Assembly (NCBI RefSeq): GCF_001447785.1
Contig: NW_015177041.1
Location: forward strand, 159,916-223,915
Source: Gekko japonicus
Lineage: Eukaryota
DNA length: 64,000 bases
Direction: 5' to 3'
This document shows positions 61,545-64,000 of the stretch, piece after piece. Numbering within the stretch: the first letter of the stretch is position 1; each line of letters opens with the position of its first letter. The notes under the pieces are model-generated. The model was given only the letters and a program-made list of their open reading frames with translations, ran no database searches and was not told the origin of the DNA. A program made the position numbers and the translations under genes.

Positions 61545-63424
61545 GAGGAAAATGGCTTGAAAAGCCACACGATCCGCGTGGGAACCAGGAAGAGCCAGGT
61601 GAAGCCAACCCCCACCCCCACCCTGGCTGAAGAAAAGTCTCTCCATCAGCCTCCCCTGCAGAATCCCAAGAAACGTGCTCGAAGACGGGGGTGGGGTGGG
61701 GTGGGGTGGCCGGCTTGGGAAGGAGATAATGGCCTCCCGCCCACCCTTGTGGTGGATTGCAGCTAATCTCCACCTGCCAGCTGCCCCTTCTGGAGGGGCC
61801 TAGCCCGGGGCAGGCCCAGCTCCACTTCCCTGGCACCTGCTGCAGGGGGGCTCTCCCTGTCTGACTGCTGGGTGTCTGTGGAGGGAGCAGCAGGGCCCAG
61901 GCTGATGTCTCTCCGTGTGTCCCGGGGGAGGCCACGGCTGCTCCTCCAAGGGGGCCCCCTGGCGGCTGGCCACTCTGTCTGCACTGGAGGCAGCTTCCGA
62001 TGTTCTCTGACCCTTCCTCTCCCCTTGTTTGGAACGGCAGCTGGCCCGGATCCAGACGGACAGCGTGGTGCAGATGCTGCAGGAGCGCCACCCCCACCTC
62101 TGCTTCGAGATTGGTGAGTGCCTGGGGCCCCGGACGGGAGCAGCCAAGCCCCAGTGAGCTCGGGGGTGGGGTGGGGGGAAGGGAGCGGCATAGGCATTCC
62201 TCCGGGCACCAGCACAACCCGTGGCGCGCTGGCCTGATGTGTGACTGACTGGGCCCTTGCTCTGCTGCCCCGCAGAGGGTTCTGGGGAAAGCGGGCGGTG
62301 GCTGGACAGGAGAGTCCCCTCCCCACGTGATCCAGGCCCTCCCCACCATACCGTCTCCTGTATCCAAACTGCTGGTGCTGGAGTGACACCCCCCCCCCAC
62401 ATTCCCCATGTGTTTGAACAGTTGCCATGTCGACCACTGGAGACCGGATCCTGGACACAGCTCTCTCCAAGGTAAGCCCCGCCCCCTCTGCCCCCCTTGA
62501 CTGTGGCTGGCTCCCGCAGAGGAGTCCTCCTTGCCTCTGACGGATGGCCTCTTTCCACCCCACCCCCCTTAGATTGGAGAGAAGAGCCTCTTTACCAAGG
62601 AGCTGGAAAATGCCCTGGAGAGAAACGAGTGAGTGCCCTTGTGGGCTGGCCTGAATTTTGCCCTGCAGGTGTCACTGGTGGAGCTGGCACTCACCGGGGG
62701 GGCTTCTTTGGTGCTGGCCTCTTGCCAGGCAGTGGGTGCCTGCAGAGCCAGGGCCGGCTGTCTTGAAACAAAGCCCGTGGCATGCATGGCAGGGGGGGAG
62801 GGAGAGGGCATGACAGAGCAGGGCCAAAGAGCCCAGCATTCCCGCTCAGTGTGCCCTTTCAGAGGGGTGTGTGAGCATTTTCACAACAATCCTGAAAAGT
62901 AGGCCACACTGAGAATGATTTGCTCAGGGCTGCCTGGGCTCTGTTGCAATCCTGCCGCCTCCGGTTTGGATTCACCGGTCTGGCATTTGCGGCTCCCTGC
63001 CCACTTTCTGTGGTGCTCTGGTTTCAGGGTTGACCTGGTGGTTCACTCGCTGAAGGACCTGCCCACGACCCTGCCCCCAGGATTCACCATTGGTGCCGTC
63101 TGCAAGTGAGTGGGAGAGCCTTTGCGAGGTTCAGCCCGAGGGCGGGAGGGAGGGGAGCTTTGGCCAGCTGGTCTCCTCCCCTTCCCTCTGCTGCTGTGCA
63201 CGTGGGCGACTCGGGCAGGGCAGGGCAGGGCCCCTCCCACCAGAGCCTCAGATGCGCAGCGGGGCTGGGACTCTTTGGGCTGTGCAGGGGGAAGGCCAAG
63301 GGAGCCCTGCTGCCACTCAGCTGACCTGTTTCATGGCTCTGTGCAGGAGAGAGAACCCCCATGATGCCGTCGTCTTTCACCCCAAGTACTCTGGGAAAAC
63401 TCTCGACAGCCTCCCTGACAAGAG
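61545..63424 (+). CDS. HMBS: Hydroxymethylbilane synthase (porphobilinogen deaminase), partial; continues beyond the window
   Basis: Exons 61545-61598 ([13 protein letters not shown]), 62041-62113 ([10 protein letters not shown]), 62422-62471 ([16 protein letters not shown]), 62573-62628 ([12 protein letters not shown]), 63028-63105 ([13 protein letters not shown]) and 63347-63424 ([13 protein letters not shown]). Confidence 0.97.
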
Positions 63425-63659
63425 GTGAGTTTGCTGCTTAGCCCCCTCTCAGCTGCATATTCTCTGCTTGCTACAAGAAGACATGCTGGTTTGCCACTGC
63501 AGACAATCTTTCTGGAGCCTGGGAGTATCGTCCCAAACCTTCAGAAGAACCTGCTGGATCACAGCAGTGGCCTGTCTCCTCCAGCATTCTATGTTGCACC
63601 GTGGCCAACCATTTGCCCCGCAGATCCAGACAAACTGGGCACAGAGAAGAGACAAACTG

Positions 63660-64000
63660 GGCATAAGAAGAGAAACCAATGTTGGATCAGGCCATCCGGT
63701 CCAACACTCTGTCACACAGTGGCCAAAAATACCAGGTATTTTGGTGGAATTAGCCATGAATCTGGCTAATTCCCTTTTACAGCTTTCTATGCTTGTGGTC
63801 ATCGCTAGTTTCACTGACATTCCCTTTTTATCTGTCCAGAACCTATTTCTCAGCAGCTTCACGGCGTGCCCCAGAGTTCTAGTAGCTCCTTCTATACACT
63901 TTCTCCACCGCATGCATCATTTTACAAACCTCTCTCATGTCTCCCCTTAGCGATCTTTTTTTCTTGACTGAAAATTCCCAGTCTCTTTCGCCTTTCCTCA
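63660..64000 (-). mobile_element. CR1 3' fragment
   Basis: Minus-strand TLGHAVKLLRNRFWTDK plus a CATAAGAA tail. Confidence 0.75.

Overview
Vertebrate genomic DNA from a squamate reptile, probably a gecko (Sauria/Squam-type SINEs, Bov-B, CR1, Penelope). It looks like a short-read scaffold: N-gaps sit in the CpG-island promoters and there are poly-G artefacts. The window is the conserved block syntenic to human 11q23.3: FOXR1(+), CENATAC/CCDC84(+), RPS25(-), TRAPPC4(+), SLC37A4(-), HYOU1(-), VPS11(+), HMBS(+, runs out of the window). Exons were mapped by hand from splice sites and from recalled orthologue proteins. Most ORFs in the supplied track are spurious or run through gaps. The most interesting signals concern splicing. 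(i) CENATAC, a minor-spliceosome factor, has an intron with a weak U2 donor, a competing U12-like donor 28 nt downstream and a U12-like branch point; using the U12-like donor gives a premature stop, so this is a candidate autoregulatory feedback switch. CENATAC also has a GC-AG intron and a tandem-duplicated acceptor. (ii) VPS11 has a clear AT-AC minor intron, a GC-AG intron, a TG in place of an AG acceptor and an apparent 10-nt frameshift deletion, which is either a real allele or an assembly error. (iii) HMBS has a candidate upstream exon with its own ATG. (iv) The 66-nt vG6PT cassette exon of SLC37A4 is conserved.
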